In this document: piece after piece, positions 1-10,970 of the stretch
Layout of the letters: each line of letters opens with the position of its first letter
Position numbering within the stretch: position 1 is the stretch's first letter
Assembly: GCA_963836235.1 (NCBI GenBank)
Contig: CAWIIP010000005.1
Span: 96,001-160,000 of the forward strand
DNA from: an uncultured Pseudomonadota bacterium
Lineage (GTDB): Bacteria > Oederibacteriota > Muellerivitia > Muellerivitales > Muellerivitaceae
Length of the DNA: 64,000 nucleotides
Reading direction: 5' to 3'
The notes under the pieces: model-generated
What the model was told of the DNA's origin: nothing
Seen by the model: the letters and a program-made list of their open reading frames with translations, nothing else
Database searches by the model: none
Translations under genes and position numbers: made by a program

Positions 1-1973
1 ATGGTGGGAGGGTCCGCCTTTGATTGGTAATATTCCCACTTTGGAATCCATTGGGCCTTAGGAAAATCCTTCTTCAATATAGGGGCCCATTGTTTATCCA
101 GCCCGGCAATAATAACGGATAAATCCTTACGAGGCTCGTTCGCAAGAACATCAATCACATTGGTGGTCTGTAGCAGGTAAAGAGGCTCGCCATCGTGAAT
201 GACCCCCTCCACTGCAGGAGAAGCATACCCCATTCCGTCATAAACCCCCATGTAAACCCGTTTCGTCGGAAGTTGATCCGATATTTCCTGGGAAACCAGG
301 ATGTCGGGCCGCATCATGTTCCACCACTTATCGTAAACCCTGGTGAAAGTGCTCTTCCCTTCCCACGCCCAAAAGACCGTCAGGCCCAGGATTAGAAGAA
401 TGCCCATCCAGCGCCGAACGCCCTTTCCGGCCATGAACCCAGAAACCCACTCTTCCAGTCCCCAGCAGGAAAGCAGCATCATGGCGGGAAAAGCCCCCAG
501 AATTTTCGCGCTGGTGGGATCAACCGTCATAAGTCTGCCGGCCACGCCCACAAAACAACAAAGGACTAAAAACAACCTGGTCCAAGAAAAGCGGGAGACC
601 GCGAAAACCAGTCCCACGAAGGCCAATACGGCCGCTTGGTAATCAAAAAAGGGATCGCCTTCCACGTTCATGTCCGAACGGTCATCACCGGTGACAAAAA
701 GGGTCCGGACGCAGATGGACAACTGGGAGATCATGGCGCGTAAGGGGATACGTTCATCGTGGATTTTAATCGTGATTTCCGGGTCCATCGCCAGCGGATA
801 AACCAAGAAGCCGGCCAAAAGAACGCCCAACCCCCAACTCACCCACAACCGTTCCTTGCCCTGGGCGGTCCGATAGAAATATCCCATGGCGGTAAAGAGC
901 AAGACTTGGATCACCATCCAAACGGTGAGGTTCCAGCTCCAAAATTTGGAAATGGGATTGCTTGGAAAAACGAAGAACAGCCTGTCCAGGAGGAAAAGAA
1001 AAAGCCCGGAAAAGGCCGGGATAAGGAAAATAGCCAGGGGCCAGCGGATGGATCGGGCCCTCTCCTTCCAAAAAATCCAGGCGAAAGTGACGAAAGCCAG
1101 GAAAAGCATCCAAGGCCGATAGGCGATGTAACTATAGAAGCCAAAACCCAAGAGGAACCCCCATTGAAGAAAATGGGACAAGTCGGGCTTGCGGAATAGG
1201 CGGAATTGGAACCAAAGGATAAGGGTAATGATGAAGGGAAGGGTCAAGCCCGGCATCCCCCCGAGGTTCTGCATGATCATGGGCTTGCTGAAGGTGCCCA
1301 GAGCCGCCAGGAAAAGTCCCGTCATCCTTTTCCCCGTTATTTCCCGGCCTAACCGGTAAAAGAGCCAGCCCGCCCCGACGTCAAATAGTGTTGAGGTGAT
1401 TCTTTGCACCAAGAGACCTTTCATGGTCGGGAAAAGCGACCACAAACCCGCCGCTGCGTATGGGTAGAGGGGTTCCCGGTGGCCGATGGCGAAGGTCATT
1501 CGGAATACGTGGAGCTCAAAAATATTGCAGGGATCGATAATGCAAATGGCGGGATCGTCCCAATAACGTCCCATGGGTTGGTCGCCCCGGTAAAGCCTCA
1601 TATAAGCGGTCAAGGCCAAGAGACCCAAGAGAGCCGGGTAGGCAATCAATCGGGGTACATCCAAAGAAGTGGGTTGGGAAGGAAGTCCTCGAAAACCCAA
1701 AAATAAAATAAAGGCCGCCAGCCACAGGAGAAAGTTTAAGTGATTGACCGGTAGCGGGAAAGGAACCCCCAACCACCGAAAGGCATCGAACTGCAGGAAA
1801 ACCGCCCCCACCAGCAGGAAACCCAGTAAAAGAAGAAAAAAAGTTTCAGGCGCGACGCGGGTCGGTGGCGCGGCAAGTGTAGAAACGGCGGAAGGGTGGG
1901 CCGTCCCCCCTTCCTTTTTCAAAGGAAAGGTCTTCCGGCGGACGACTCTCCGTTTTCGGTTAGGCTTGGCCAA
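1..1973 (-). CDS. ArnT/PMT-like (GT-C) membrane glycosyltransferase, 3' end runs off the window
   Basis: Not in ORF track; read manually from TTG at 1973 (MAKPNRKRRVVRRK...), multiple TM segments, YWDDP..., HREPLYPY and FLLGFGFYSYIAYR motifs; start approximate. Confidence 0.7.
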   Translation of the reverse strand, partial: MAKPNRKRRVVRRKTFPLKKEGGTAHPSAVSTLAAPPTRVAPETFFLLLLGFLLVGAVFLQFDAFRWLGVPFPLPVNHLNFLLWLAAFILFLGFRGLPSQPTSLDVPRLIAYPALLGLLALTAYMRLYRGDQPMGRYWDDPAICIIDPCNIFELHVFRMTFAIGHREPLYPYAAAGLWSLFPTMKGLLVQRITSTLFDVGAGWLFYRLGREITGKRMTGLFLAALGTFSKPMIMQNLGGMPGLTLPFIITLILWFQFRLFRKPDLSHFLQWGFLLGFGFYSYIAYRPWMLFLAFVTFAWIFWKERARSIRWPLAIFLIPAFSGLFLFLLDRLFFVFPSNPISKFWSWNLTVWMVIQVLLFTAMGYFYRTAQGKERLWVSWGLGVLLAGFLVYPLAMDPEITIKIHDERIPLRAMISQLSICVRTLFVTGDDRSDMNVEGDPFFDYQAAVLAFVGLVFAVSRFSWTRLFLVLCCFVGVAGRLMTVDPTSAKILGAFPAMMLLSCWGLEEWVSGFMAGKGVRRWMGILLILGLTVFWAWEGKSTFTRVYDKWWNMMRPDILVSQEISDQLPTKRVYMGVYDGMGYASPAVEGVIHDGEPLYLLQTTNVIDVLANEPRKDLSVIIAGLDKQWAPILKKDFPKAQWIPKWEYYQSKADPPT

Positions 1974-2011
1974 GTTAAAGAACCGCCCTCTGTGTCATGT
2001 TATCCGTTTAA

Positions 2012-3034
2012 TCAGGGAGTCGTTGGCGGCAATTGGTACAAGCCGACATGATCGCCGCCGGCTATCATTAAAACATCGTCCGGGCTAACGGCCAAACCCC
2101 GGTCTCCCTGGATCAACACTCCTTTTTCATCCGTGAGGTCTCCCAGATAGCCGGTTTTAATACTATAGGCTTTCACGCAGCTGTTTCCGTTGGTGGCCGT
2201 GGAAACGAAGAATCTACCGTCTTTGTCCACCGCAACGGCAGCGACGCCGGCCTTGTACTTGAAAACCTTGAGTACTTTTCCGTCCTGGTCAAGCCATTGA
2301 AGACGCTCGTTTTCCGAATCGGCGACGAAATAATTCCCCTTCCCGTCCGAAGCCACGTCCAAAGGACTTTTGAATTGACCTTCGTCGGTGCCAAATCTTC
2401 CCCAAGAAGCGGCAACATGGCGATCAGGGGCGATCAAAAGAATTCTGTGGCTTCCCGTGTCGGCCAACAGGAAATTCTTCCCGTCGTAACCGATTCCCCG
2501 GGGGCCGTAAAGGTTTTTATCCCCTAAGTCGAGGTTTAATATTTGTTTTCCATTTTCGTCATAACCCTTGATGGTACTGTTCCATGTATCGATTACATAA
2601 CCGAACCCCTTATCGTCGGAAACCATTCCAGAGGGTTCATGAAAGCCCACAGAACCGCCTCCAGGCTTCCCCCAACTTTTTAAGAGGTTGCCCTTCCGGT
2701 CGAAAACCAAGACGCGGTTGTTTCCCTGGTCGACCACCATGACCTTGTCCTTCCCAACCGGCCCCACGCCCCAGGCGTTAAAGGGACCGCACTTGCTGTT
2801 TACACCCGAAAAGGTGCTGAGGGTCTGGACTTTGTAATCCTTAGGGACTTCCCCGTGGAAAAGGTTCATGCTTTCCACCAAGCAACCGATCAAGACCAGG
2901 GCTATCAATATCCGGATAACCGCCTTGCTTGAGCCAGACGCCGGGGGCGACACCAGGGGTGGCGCTACGGGGGTTGTATACGCCGTCCCCCCCAAGTTCT
3001 TTTTTTTCGCGCTAGTTTTTTTCCGTGGCGGCAT
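2012..3034 (-). CDS. Membrane-anchored NHL-repeat beta-propeller protein (paralogue 1)
   Basis: N-terminal TM helix; repeats such as F..P.G...D..G..YV.D..N.R (VVDQGNNRV, LADTGSHRI, VADSENERL). Confidence 0.85.
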   Translation of the reverse strand: MPPRKKTSAKKKNLGGTAYTTPVAPPLVSPPASGSSKAVIRILIALVLIGCLVESMNLFHGEVPKDYKVQTLSTFSGVNSKCGPFNAWGVGPVGKDKVMVVDQGNNRVLVFDRKGNLLKSWGKPGGGSVGFHEPSGMVSDDKGFGYVIDTWNSTIKGYDENGKQILNLDLGDKNLYGPRGIGYDGKNFLLADTGSHRILLIAPDRHVAASWGRFGTDEGQFKSPLDVASDGKGNYFVADSENERLQWLDQDGKVLKVFKYKAGVAAVAVDKDGRFFVSTATNGNSCVKAYSIKTGYLGDLTDEKGVLIQGDRGLAVSPDDVLMIAGGDHVGLYQLPPTTP

Positions 3035-3531
3035 AAACCCTCCAATGAGATTCCAAATTTAGACGTCCGACCCTGAATTCATTCTTTAATTTCAAAAAAT
3101 AGAAGACCAAAAAAATCAACCCTTACCAGTGCCAGAATAAAAGCATAAAATCGGGCCCGCCCGAAACACGGGGTTTTTCACAAAAACACAGGGATTTTCC
3201 TTCGTAGAATGGCAAGGCCAGTAGGATATAACATCCTTTCGGCGATAACAAAGATTTTTTGGTGGTTGAACGCCTAAAACTTTCATGGCACCGTTCGAAA
3301 AAGGGCATTAACCAGGGGCAGTGGCATTGAGGGGGTGGAAGCCCAATCCGAACGCTACCAACGGACACGCAAGCGTGTCTTCGCCTATTCTCAAGCCGTA
3401 AAAAATGGCTTTAAATTCAAACCTCAGGGCATCTTTACGTTTGTGTCCTACCCTTGACCCAAGTCAAGGGCCCCCCGACGCCAATTGGCAGCTGCATCCG
3501 GATTCAAAACCATCGGATGATCAAGTTTGAT

Positions 3532-5766
3532 TTAGTTCCATAGAGTTGTCCATGAGTCCCTCTGCATGAACCAATCGGTCAAAGCCGGAAAATTGTGGCG
3601 CATGTAATAATATTCGTTGAAGGGGCAATCGTCGGTAATAACGATGCGCTTATTCGAGTTGGTAAATCGGGCGTCCACGGAGTCCCCCAAAAAATCCCCC
3701 AGCAAGCTCTCGAGGGTTGTGCCAGAAGGCGCCCATTCCAGCATGTCGGCTTGGGCGGCAGGCGGTACCCTCGTAATCAACTCACTCACCGCAGGCACCT
3801 GGATGGGCTCCATGGAAGCGACATAATAAAGGCCGCCGACATTTCGGGTAACAGTAGGAAAAACTTTGACATAGGGAAAGGACTCGAGGATGGTCCGGTT
3901 GAAAGCATTATCGGTATTGTAATTGTCCGCGTAATACCAAATTTGAAAAAGACCTCCCTTTTTCAAGTGCGCCTTGATGATGCTAAAAAATTCCTTGGAC
4001 AACAATAGGCTGCAGCCCGCGGCTTGCGGCGGCGGAGGCGGGTCAATGACAATAACGTCATAAAGATCCTTCGTGCGCTTCAGGTATCTCCGGCCGTCGT
4101 CGATGACAACCTTGGCTTTGGGATTGCTCATTATTTTTTCGGCGTCGTCAAAAAAATACCCAAAGGAATCCCTCACGCTGGGGGTCAACTCCACGGCCGT
4201 GGTATCAATGCCCCAACTAACGAGAGACCGGAAGGACCCCCCCATCCCGAAACAAATGGTCAAGGCGTTTTCAGGTTTGTGATCCAGCAAGCATAGGGGT
4301 ATGTGGGCCATGAACTTGGTTGTGGTTCTAAGAACTGTCATTCTAATACCATTGACGTATAACATCCGGTCAAAACCCGTGTCAGCGCAAATGACGGTAG
4401 CGTTGTAATCTCGGCGGACGACCCCCTTCACGAGCGTCTCATAACTATTGCTGATGAGAACAGAAACGAACATAAGAAGGATGGCGGCGGTGGGCACGGC
4501 CAGCTCACGAGGTTTCAGCGCCTTCCAATGCTTCAGTATCAGGATTAAAAAAGGGAAAGCCAAAAGCGCTAAGGAAAGCTTCACTCCCAGCCACGGAAGA
4601 CAGAGATAGGAAGCGAGCAGGGGCCCCAAAATGCATCCAATCACGTTCACCGCATAAGCCTTCCCGGCGTTTTTGGGATTCCCTCGACCGATTTCGTCCA
4701 CCAACTTGGGGGTCAGGTACCCCAGAATGGCGCAAAAAGGGACGATGGTCAGAAGAATGCAAAAAGTGGAATGGTTAAATCGGGGATCGGTGAACACGAC
4801 CGGGAAAAGGGAAAAAACAGCCACCCAAGCCAGGAGCATTTGATGGGTGAGTTTCTTGGCAAAAACCCATCCGGACCGGTAAACAAGGGAGCCGATCCAC
4901 GTCGACAAAAGATAGGTGAACAGGATCGCGCCGAAAGAATAGACCTCGTTTCCGATGATGGGAATGAAGGCCCTGGTCCATATCACTTCCATGGCCATGG
5001 AGCCGAAACCGCTGAGGAATAGAATGCTCACCATAAGTTTCGTGTCAGGCCGCCAAAATGGCCGGGAATCCAGTTCGGGCTTCGTTTTTTTACCCGCTCT
5101 GGGGGCGGCTTTGGTTTCCGATGGCCATATTCTCAATACGATACCCATGGCGATCCCCAAGAAAGCGACGCTGAAATTCATCAAGGCCCCAATAATAAGG
5201 GTTCCTGAAAAGCCGAGTAGTTCGATGAAGGCAATGACGGTAAGAAAGGTCCCCCCCAGGGCGCCCAGTACATTCGCCACATAAAGATAGCTGAAACTGG
5301 TCGTCTCGGAAGGTACCCTTTCCTTAACAAAAGCCATCATGAGGGGAAAAGTCGCCCCCATAAAGAAGCACCAAGGAAGGATGGAAATCGCGATAAACAT
5401 CGCCGAGGCAAGGAGATAACCGAACGAATTCATCTCGCCGAACCCCAAGAGAACGCTCGAGCTCCAATGAAAAAGTTTAGGTACCGCGAAAGCTCCCAGG
5501 CCGATAAATAATTCCGCCAAGGCGTAGAAAAAGATCGGCGAGATTTTCAACTTTCCCGCTACGCGCGAAACCCAGACCCCGGCCAGCCAAGATCCAAGGG
5601 CTAAACCCATCATGAAGATGGAAATGACGACTGAGAGAACGGGGGTATTGACCCCATAGGTGGCGTAGGCCAAGCGCACCCAGACGATTTGGTAAAGCAG
5701 CCCGCAAAATCCGGAAAAAAAGAACATAAGAAACACGAAGGGAAAAAGGATTTTATTTTTTTGCAA
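3532..5766 (-). CDS. Fused multi-TM (MFS-like)/spermidine synthase-like protein
   Basis: FFSGFCGLLYQIVWVR N-terminal membrane domain; C-terminal ICFGMGGS, AVEL, IDDGRRYL, YDVIVIDPPPP motifs; RBS GGAGG before TTG. Confidence 0.85.
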   Translation of the reverse strand: MQKNKILFPFVFLMFFFSGFCGLLYQIVWVRLAYATYGVNTPVLSVVISIFMMGLALGSWLAGVWVSRVAGKLKISPIFFYALAELFIGLGAFAVPKLFHWSSSVLLGFGEMNSFGYLLASAMFIAISILPWCFFMGATFPLMMAFVKERVPSETTSFSYLYVANVLGALGGTFLTVIAFIELLGFSGTLIIGALMNFSVAFLGIAMGIVLRIWPSETKAAPRAGKKTKPELDSRPFWRPDTKLMVSILFLSGFGSMAMEVIWTRAFIPIIGNEVYSFGAILFTYLLSTWIGSLVYRSGWVFAKKLTHQMLLAWVAVFSLFPVVFTDPRFNHSTFCILLTIVPFCAILGYLTPKLVDEIGRGNPKNAGKAYAVNVIGCILGPLLASYLCLPWLGVKLSLALLAFPFLILILKHWKALKPRELAVPTAAILLMFVSVLISNSYETLVKGVVRRDYNATVICADTGFDRMLYVNGIRMTVLRTTTKFMAHIPLCLLDHKPENALTICFGMGGSFRSLVSWGIDTTAVELTPSVRDSFGYFFDDAEKIMSNPKAKVVIDDGRRYLKRTKDLYDVIVIDPPPPPQAAGCSLLLSKEFFSIIKAHLKKGGLFQIWYYADNYNTDNAFNRTILESFPYVKVFPTVTRNVGGLYYVASMEPIQVPAVSELITRVPPAAQADMLEWAPSGTTLESLLGDFLGDSVDARFTNSNKRIVITDDCPFNEYYYMRHNFPALTDWFMQRDSWTTLWN

Positions 5767-6001
5767 AAGGAGTCCTCCGGGCGAATGATAAAAGACGGCT
5801 AAATTCCTAACAAAAATAAACTAAAACCACACAAAAAAAATTCCTTCAATCGGACCACCGCTCAATTTCCACCCCCGGCAATTATCAAAAGGGCTTAACC
5901 TCTCACCGACAAGACACCGGAGGGAGGAAGTCCTGAAAGGCTCTGCTCATGACGGATAAAAACCGGATTTCAAAAACGGACTCTCCCAGAGGGGCAGCCG
6001 A

Positions 6002-6032
6002 ATTATATCACAAAAGAATCAGGGGCGATCAA
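6002..6032 (-). promoter_or_regulatory. Putative sigma70 promoter with extended -10 upstream of the spermidine-synthase fusion
   Basis: TTGATC-N19-TATAAT, with TG one base before the -10 (TGATATAAT). Confidence 0.4.
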
Positions 6033-6169
6033 TGAGCGGATTTCCAGCACCCTTTTAAAAACCACCTTTGAAATCTTCGAACCGACCGGGTTTGCGTGAG
6101 GCTTCATCTGCATAAAAAAAATTCATTTCCATTGTGGGTTTTAACGGCTCGGCCTTAAGACTCCATCCA

Positions 6170-8500
6170 CTACGATCGTTTTCCGGAAGGGCGCGGGCTT
6201 TTTCTACGGCCTTCAAAATTCGCGGCCACGGTTTTCACTGGTCGAGCTAAAGGGAAAACTCCTCCAAATCGGGTGGAGAACCATTGGTCCAACCGCCGGT
6301 GGAAGAACCAAGCGGCCACTAGGGCTATCCAGGTGAACAGTGAATAATAGAAAGTATAAACAATGATGGGTGGATAGAAGGACATTTTCACCTGATGGTG
6401 GCCTGTCATTAAAAGGGGGACCGCCCGGAAGGTTCCATCCGCCTGGTAAATGGGTTCCTCCTTGCCATCCACCCATGCCTTCCATCCCGGGAAGTAGGAA
6501 TCCGAGAGGAAAAGAAAACAGGGCCGATCGTTCGAGCATTCCATTTCCACGTCGTTGTAATCGTAACGTGTGATCTTGGCTTCACCCACCCACCCTTTCA
6601 GCCCCTCTGGTTTTTCCACGGGCTCTCGGGCCAAGACCACTTCCTGCCGGGGGTCCAACTTCTCATCCCGGATGTCCTCAATGACTTGGTTATAATCCGG
6701 ATTCACCCTGTAGCCGCCCACCATAAAGGCGCGAGGATAGGCCTTCATGTTGTTCCAAACCGACACCATGGCTCCTGGGATCGGTTGCCAACGATCAGTG
6801 GGATGGGAACCTTCCGGCCGGTAATTGTATTTAAGTCGTATCAAATCTACCAGCGGCGTTTCCTGATGGTAATATTCCTCATCCATGTATTTTTGGGTCG
6901 TCTGGATAAAAAGGGAACCGCACCCGGTAACAACGGAACTGATGTTTTGAAGGAGCTGGTATTCGCAATAGGTGCTTCCGGGCTGGGCTCTCGGATAGGT
7001 GGGGTCATCCTTGATCTTTTTGAGGAGGCCGGGCGGAAATAAATCGGTAAAGAAGAAATTGGACCCGCCCGAACCAATGGCATTTTTCGCGTCGAAACGG
7101 TAAAGGTCGATAGCCGTGCCCAAGAGCAGGAATGTGGGGACCCCAAATGCGAGAAAGAACCTAAAAAACCCGGTTAAGCGCTTTTGATTCCTCCAGTAGT
7201 TGGTCCAGACGTCCAAAGTCAGGCCAGCCATGCAAGCCAGCACGAAAGTCGTCAAAATCATAATACGGGAGGGAACCCGGTTACGCGCAAGCCCTGGAAT
7301 GAATTTGGAAAAGAACAAATAAATATAATGGGTCGGCGTGGTGGTATCGGCCATGGCCAAGGTCATGCTTAAAACGGCCACAAGGCCCAGCCACCAAACC
7401 ACGGGCCTCTTCCGTAACCCTACAAAGCCCAAAAGGGCAAGGAAAATAGGGATAAGTCCCAGGTAAGCAATGACTTCCGCGTATCCCCCTGTTCCATGGT
7501 AATTTCCCGGATCTCCAGCGAAAAAAGGATCGATAAAAAAACGGAAATTGGCAGGGACAAAAGCATCCCGCATAAAATCATGCGAATCCCAAAGCATGCG
7601 ATTGCTTAAAAGGGCGAACTGATAGGTCGGCGCCATTTGGCACAACCCCAGGGAAAAACCAATCAGGATAAAAGCCGATTCCGCGCCCAAGAATTCCTTC
7701 CAATTGATTCCGCCTCTCATCCAGGCCCAAAGGAGAAAAAAACCGGTAATCATCAGGACATATAGGCTGATTTGGGGCGTGCCATCCAGGATACACAAGC
7801 CGAAAGCCCCGGATGAAAATAATAGGGCGGAAATCCGGTGGTTATCCGTAAATCGCTTGAGACCGTAAAGAGCAAACGGAAACCAAGCGGCCCCGGTAAT
7901 AATGTTTAAGCCACCCATATAAAATTTACCCATAAAGTATCCGGAAAAGGCGAAAGCCAACCCGCCCAGGCAAGCCCCTATCCAACCGGTTCCCAGGCTT
8001 CGGATGAAAAGGTAGGTTCCGAAAGCCAAAATGATGAAATGGAAAAAGTAGCTCAACGTAAAGGCATAGCTGGTTGGATACATGAAAAAAAGGAAATTAA
8101 AAGGTGCATAGGGCCCAGAGCTGGCACTGGCCAAGAAAGGCTGGCCCATGCTGCTATAGGGATTCCACAGCGCAGGGTAGCCCCTTTTCAAGCTTTCGAT
8201 CCAAACATACTTGTAGGGCCACGCGCATATCATGTCCCCAATGCCGGGGATCCACTCGCGATGGGTTAAAAAGGGCCAAAGGAAGAGGGCGCTAAATATG
8301 GCGAAAAAGACGCAGGCATAAAGGGATTCTAATTCAAAAACACGCCCATTATTTTCCGTTTCCGAAACCGGCTCTTGACGCGGCAAGTCCAATGAATGGG
8401 ACGCCCAAGACGAAACCTCGGGGGAACGTTTGGATCTAATTCCGCCTTTTTTCGACATGAATTTTTTTTTCAAAATAAATTCCTTGATATCCGGATTCAT
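6170..8500 (-). CDS. YfhO-family GT-C membrane glycosyltransferase
   Basis: PALWNPYSSMGQPFLA, GLAFAFSGY, RNRVPSR, AYPRAFMV, LFLSDSYFPGWKAWVDGK motifs. Confidence 0.85.
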   Translation of the reverse strand: MNPDIKEFILKKKFMSKKGGIRSKRSPEVSSWASHSLDLPRQEPVSETENNGRVFELESLYACVFFAIFSALFLWPFLTHREWIPGIGDMICAWPYKYVWIESLKRGYPALWNPYSSMGQPFLASASSGPYAPFNFLFFMYPTSYAFTLSYFFHFIILAFGTYLFIRSLGTGWIGACLGGLAFAFSGYFMGKFYMGGLNIITGAAWFPFALYGLKRFTDNHRISALLFSSGAFGLCILDGTPQISLYVLMITGFFLLWAWMRGGINWKEFLGAESAFILIGFSLGLCQMAPTYQFALLSNRMLWDSHDFMRDAFVPANFRFFIDPFFAGDPGNYHGTGGYAEVIAYLGLIPIFLALLGFVGLRKRPVVWWLGLVAVLSMTLAMADTTTPTHYIYLFFSKFIPGLARNRVPSRIMILTTFVLACMAGLTLDVWTNYWRNQKRLTGFFRFFLAFGVPTFLLLGTAIDLYRFDAKNAIGSGGSNFFFTDLFPPGLLKKIKDDPTYPRAQPGSTYCEYQLLQNISSVVTGCGSLFIQTTQKYMDEEYYHQETPLVDLIRLKYNYRPEGSHPTDRWQPIPGAMVSVWNNMKAYPRAFMVGGYRVNPDYNQVIEDIRDEKLDPRQEVVLAREPVEKPEGLKGWVGEAKITRYDYNDVEMECSNDRPCFLFLSDSYFPGWKAWVDGKEEPIYQADGTFRAVPLLMTGHHQVKMSFYPPIIVYTFYYSLFTWIALVAAWFFHRRLDQWFSTRFGGVFPLARPVKTVAANFEGRRKSPRPSGKRS

Positions 8501-8570
8501 TTCGACCGACTTAAATTATCGCATAAAATCACCGTCTGGGGTAAAGGCCAGCCATTTCAAAAGTTTGAAC

Positions 8571-9632
8571 TTACGTGTTTTGGGTCTTATGGGCAGTGGC
8601 ATAGAGCAGAAGCCCGTTGACCACGAAAACTCTTTCCAGGGTAAAGCCATTCTCAGCCAAAGTCCTTTTTAACCGCACCTTGGTGAAATGGTGGATATGC
8701 CCGCAACGGTACTTATGGTAAACACTCCCTCGGATATAACCCATGTAAAGGCAGTTCAAGTTGAAAAGGATGAAGAAGGGCCCGAGGAAGAAATCGTAAG
8801 GAACGGTGATGAGAAATTTTCCATTGTCCTTCAGTATCCGGCGGACCTCCCCCAAAACATCCTTTTGGTTGAAGACATGCTCCAAAACCTCGGACATAAG
8901 CACCACGTCAAACCCCTTGGATTTTAAGCCCGTTTTGGACAGGTCCGCCGCGACCTTGAAACCCGTCAGCCGCTTGTTCTTTTTCGCCCATTTCAACATT
9001 TGGGCATTGATGTCCACCCCGAAGACCGGCAGGTGGTGGATGTTCCATTTGCAGTTTCCGCAGCCCAGGTCCGCCATCTTCATACCCTTTTGGAAGGACT
9101 CGGATACGAATTGGGTTAACCGCTCATAACGGGAACGGTGATACCAAGCCCTGAACTTGCTCACTTTGGTTTCATCCGTCATTTCATCGTAATAACTTTC
9201 GTTCATCTCCTTGTATTCCACCTCGGCCATCTTTGCCGAGCTAAAAGTGGAGATGCGGTTCAAAAAGGCGTTGGAAACCGCCAGGATGATCAGGCAGGTA
9301 ATGAGCCCCTCGGGCAGGCTGAAGCCCTGGCTCATGAAAACCCAAAGCATGGCCGCGCTCCCTACCGAAACCCAAAAACTCATGAACAAATGCAGGGGGA
9401 ACGAGGTTTTCATTTGAATTTCGTGGTTCACATAGACCACGTTGTAATAAACGAAGTGGAAGGCTTGGTTGAAAAAGGTCCCGATGAAAAAAGCGATCAT
9501 GGGATTCCAACCGAGGCGGAGGGCCAGGAAAAGGGTCACTCCCAAATTGAGCGCGGCGCCCAAAAATCCCCCCAGCAGGAAAATGAGGATCGCGGGGTGT
9601 CGCCAGCGTTGGACCACGGCATGCTCAGGCAT
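8571..9632 (-). CDS. GtrA-like membrane domain fused to class I SAM-dependent methyltransferase
   Basis: About 4 N-terminal TM helices (FLLGGFLGAALNLGV); ADLGCGNC, FDVVLMSEVLEHV, LITVP. Confidence 0.75.
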   Translation of the reverse strand: MPEHAVVQRWRHPAILIFLLGGFLGAALNLGVTLFLALRLGWNPMIAFFIGTFFNQAFHFVYYNVVYVNHEIQMKTSFPLHLFMSFWVSVGSAAMLWVFMSQGFSLPEGLITCLIILAVSNAFLNRISTFSSAKMAEVEYKEMNESYYDEMTDETKVSKFRAWYHRSRYERLTQFVSESFQKGMKMADLGCGNCKWNIHHLPVFGVDINAQMLKWAKKNKRLTGFKVAADLSKTGLKSKGFDVVLMSEVLEHVFNQKDVLGEVRRILKDNGKFLITVPYDFFLGPFFILFNLNCLYMGYIRGSVYHKYRCGHIHHFTKVRLKRTLAENGFTLERVFVVNGLLLYATAHKTQNT

Positions 9633-9635
9633 GGT

Positions 9636-10445
9636 TTATCCTTTACGCGCGACGATGAAGTAACAGGCTCCCGGCGCGCCATCGGTGTTGAGGTCTTTGC
9701 GCAACCAATTCGTCGCGAACCACTTGACCGGCCCACGGGGGCCGACGACCCACCGTCCAAATAGAAGTTTGATGATCTTGGAAGGAAAGGCCAGGATCAT
9801 CCAGCGTTCATAGGTATGAAAAGTCTTCAGGGGAATAATGTAGTCGGCCTTTTCCATTTTGAGCCCGGCTTTTTTCAAGCGTTTTTTCCAGATTTCGGCG
9901 TTGTCTACATGGAAGTGCTTGAAGGTTTGATTCAGTTTGTCCACATACAACTTGCCCAAGCCAGAAAGACCCACTTTCGAAAGCAGGTTACGGAAGAAGG
10001 AATCGTTGCTGAAGCATTCGCTAGGGACGGTAATTATCAGGCGGCCCTTAGGCTTCAGCACCCGGTGAATTTCCTTTAAGGCGCCGTCGATATCCGGAAT
10101 ATGTTCCAACACACAATTACTGACCACGGTCTTAAAGGAGTTTTTGGGGAAAGGCAGTTCAGTGGCGCTGGCGCAAAGAGCCTTTTTGTAGCTTTTACTC
10201 TCAACCGCTCTTTTAACCTCGTCCGGGTCTAGGTCAATGCCAGCTTCCAAGTTGCCACCAAAGGCGACCCTAGCCAGGAAGCCATCCCCGCAACCCACGT
10301 CCAAAACAGGATGTTCCAACTTTTCCTTCGAGAATCGGTGGCATTCCATCGAACGCCAAAAAGCCATGGCGATGGGTGTTTTTTCCAGGTATTGGCGAAA
10401 AAATTCCTCACGGCTTCTTGGGTCAATTTTCAAATGCTTCTCCAT
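9636..10445 (-). CDS. Class I SAM-dependent methyltransferase
   Basis: VLDVGCGDG, LPFPKNSFKTVVSNCVLEHIPD, RVLKPKG. Confidence 0.9.
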   Translation of the reverse strand: MEKHLKIDPRSREEFFRQYLEKTPIAMAFWRSMECHRFSKEKLEHPVLDVGCGDGFLARVAFGGNLEAGIDLDPDEVKRAVESKSYKKALCASATELPFPKNSFKTVVSNCVLEHIPDIDGALKEIHRVLKPKGRLIITVPSECFSNDSFFRNLLSKVGLSGLGKLYVDKLNQTFKHFHVDNAEIWKKRLKKAGLKMEKADYIIPLKTFHTYERWMILAFPSKIIKLLFGRWVVGPRGPVKWFATNWLRKDLNTDGAPGACYFIVARKG

Positions 10446-10970
10446 AAAGGACTTGGTTTACTAAAAAGGTACCGAAAATACTTTTAAGCAACCTGTTAAA
10501 AGTATCTTAGTTTACCAGTAAAGGGTCGTTTCCGGATTGCCAACTTTAAAATCTTCTAAAAAATTGTGCTGAACTACCTTCCCGGCACTAATGTAATCAG
10601 CCAATTCTTCGCTCGGTCCGAACTCCCGGAGACCAACAACGCGGCGTCAAAATCCGAATGACAAAGCGAAACTTTCCTCCCTTTTGACATTTAACTGGAA
10701 AATTGGTCTTGATCGGCTCCGAAGCTTAAAGCCAAAAGACTTAAAGTGATTGACCTTCTAAAACTGGATCGTAAAATCATGTCTCGGGATATTTGTTTAG
10801 CTTTAGTCAATTTGATTCAGTGGATGAGAGCTAAAACTCGATTGGGTGGTTGATGTCCATTTGCCGCAAGCTCCAAATCCGGGTTAATACGCCAACAAAG
10901 CTTCTAACGATATAATCATGGGAATGTATCAACCTAAAATGTCTAAGTTTGGGATCTCATCGGAGGGTTT

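Noticed and set aside
195-2088. Several short ORFs in the track
   Set aside because: They overlap the window-truncated - strand GT-C gene 1..1973
5767-6000. Possible riboswitch in the ~230-nt leader of the spermidine-synthase fusion (GGAGAG...CTTTCAGG, glycine-like)
   Set aside because: Conserved aptamer cores could not be matched by eye; needs an Rfam search
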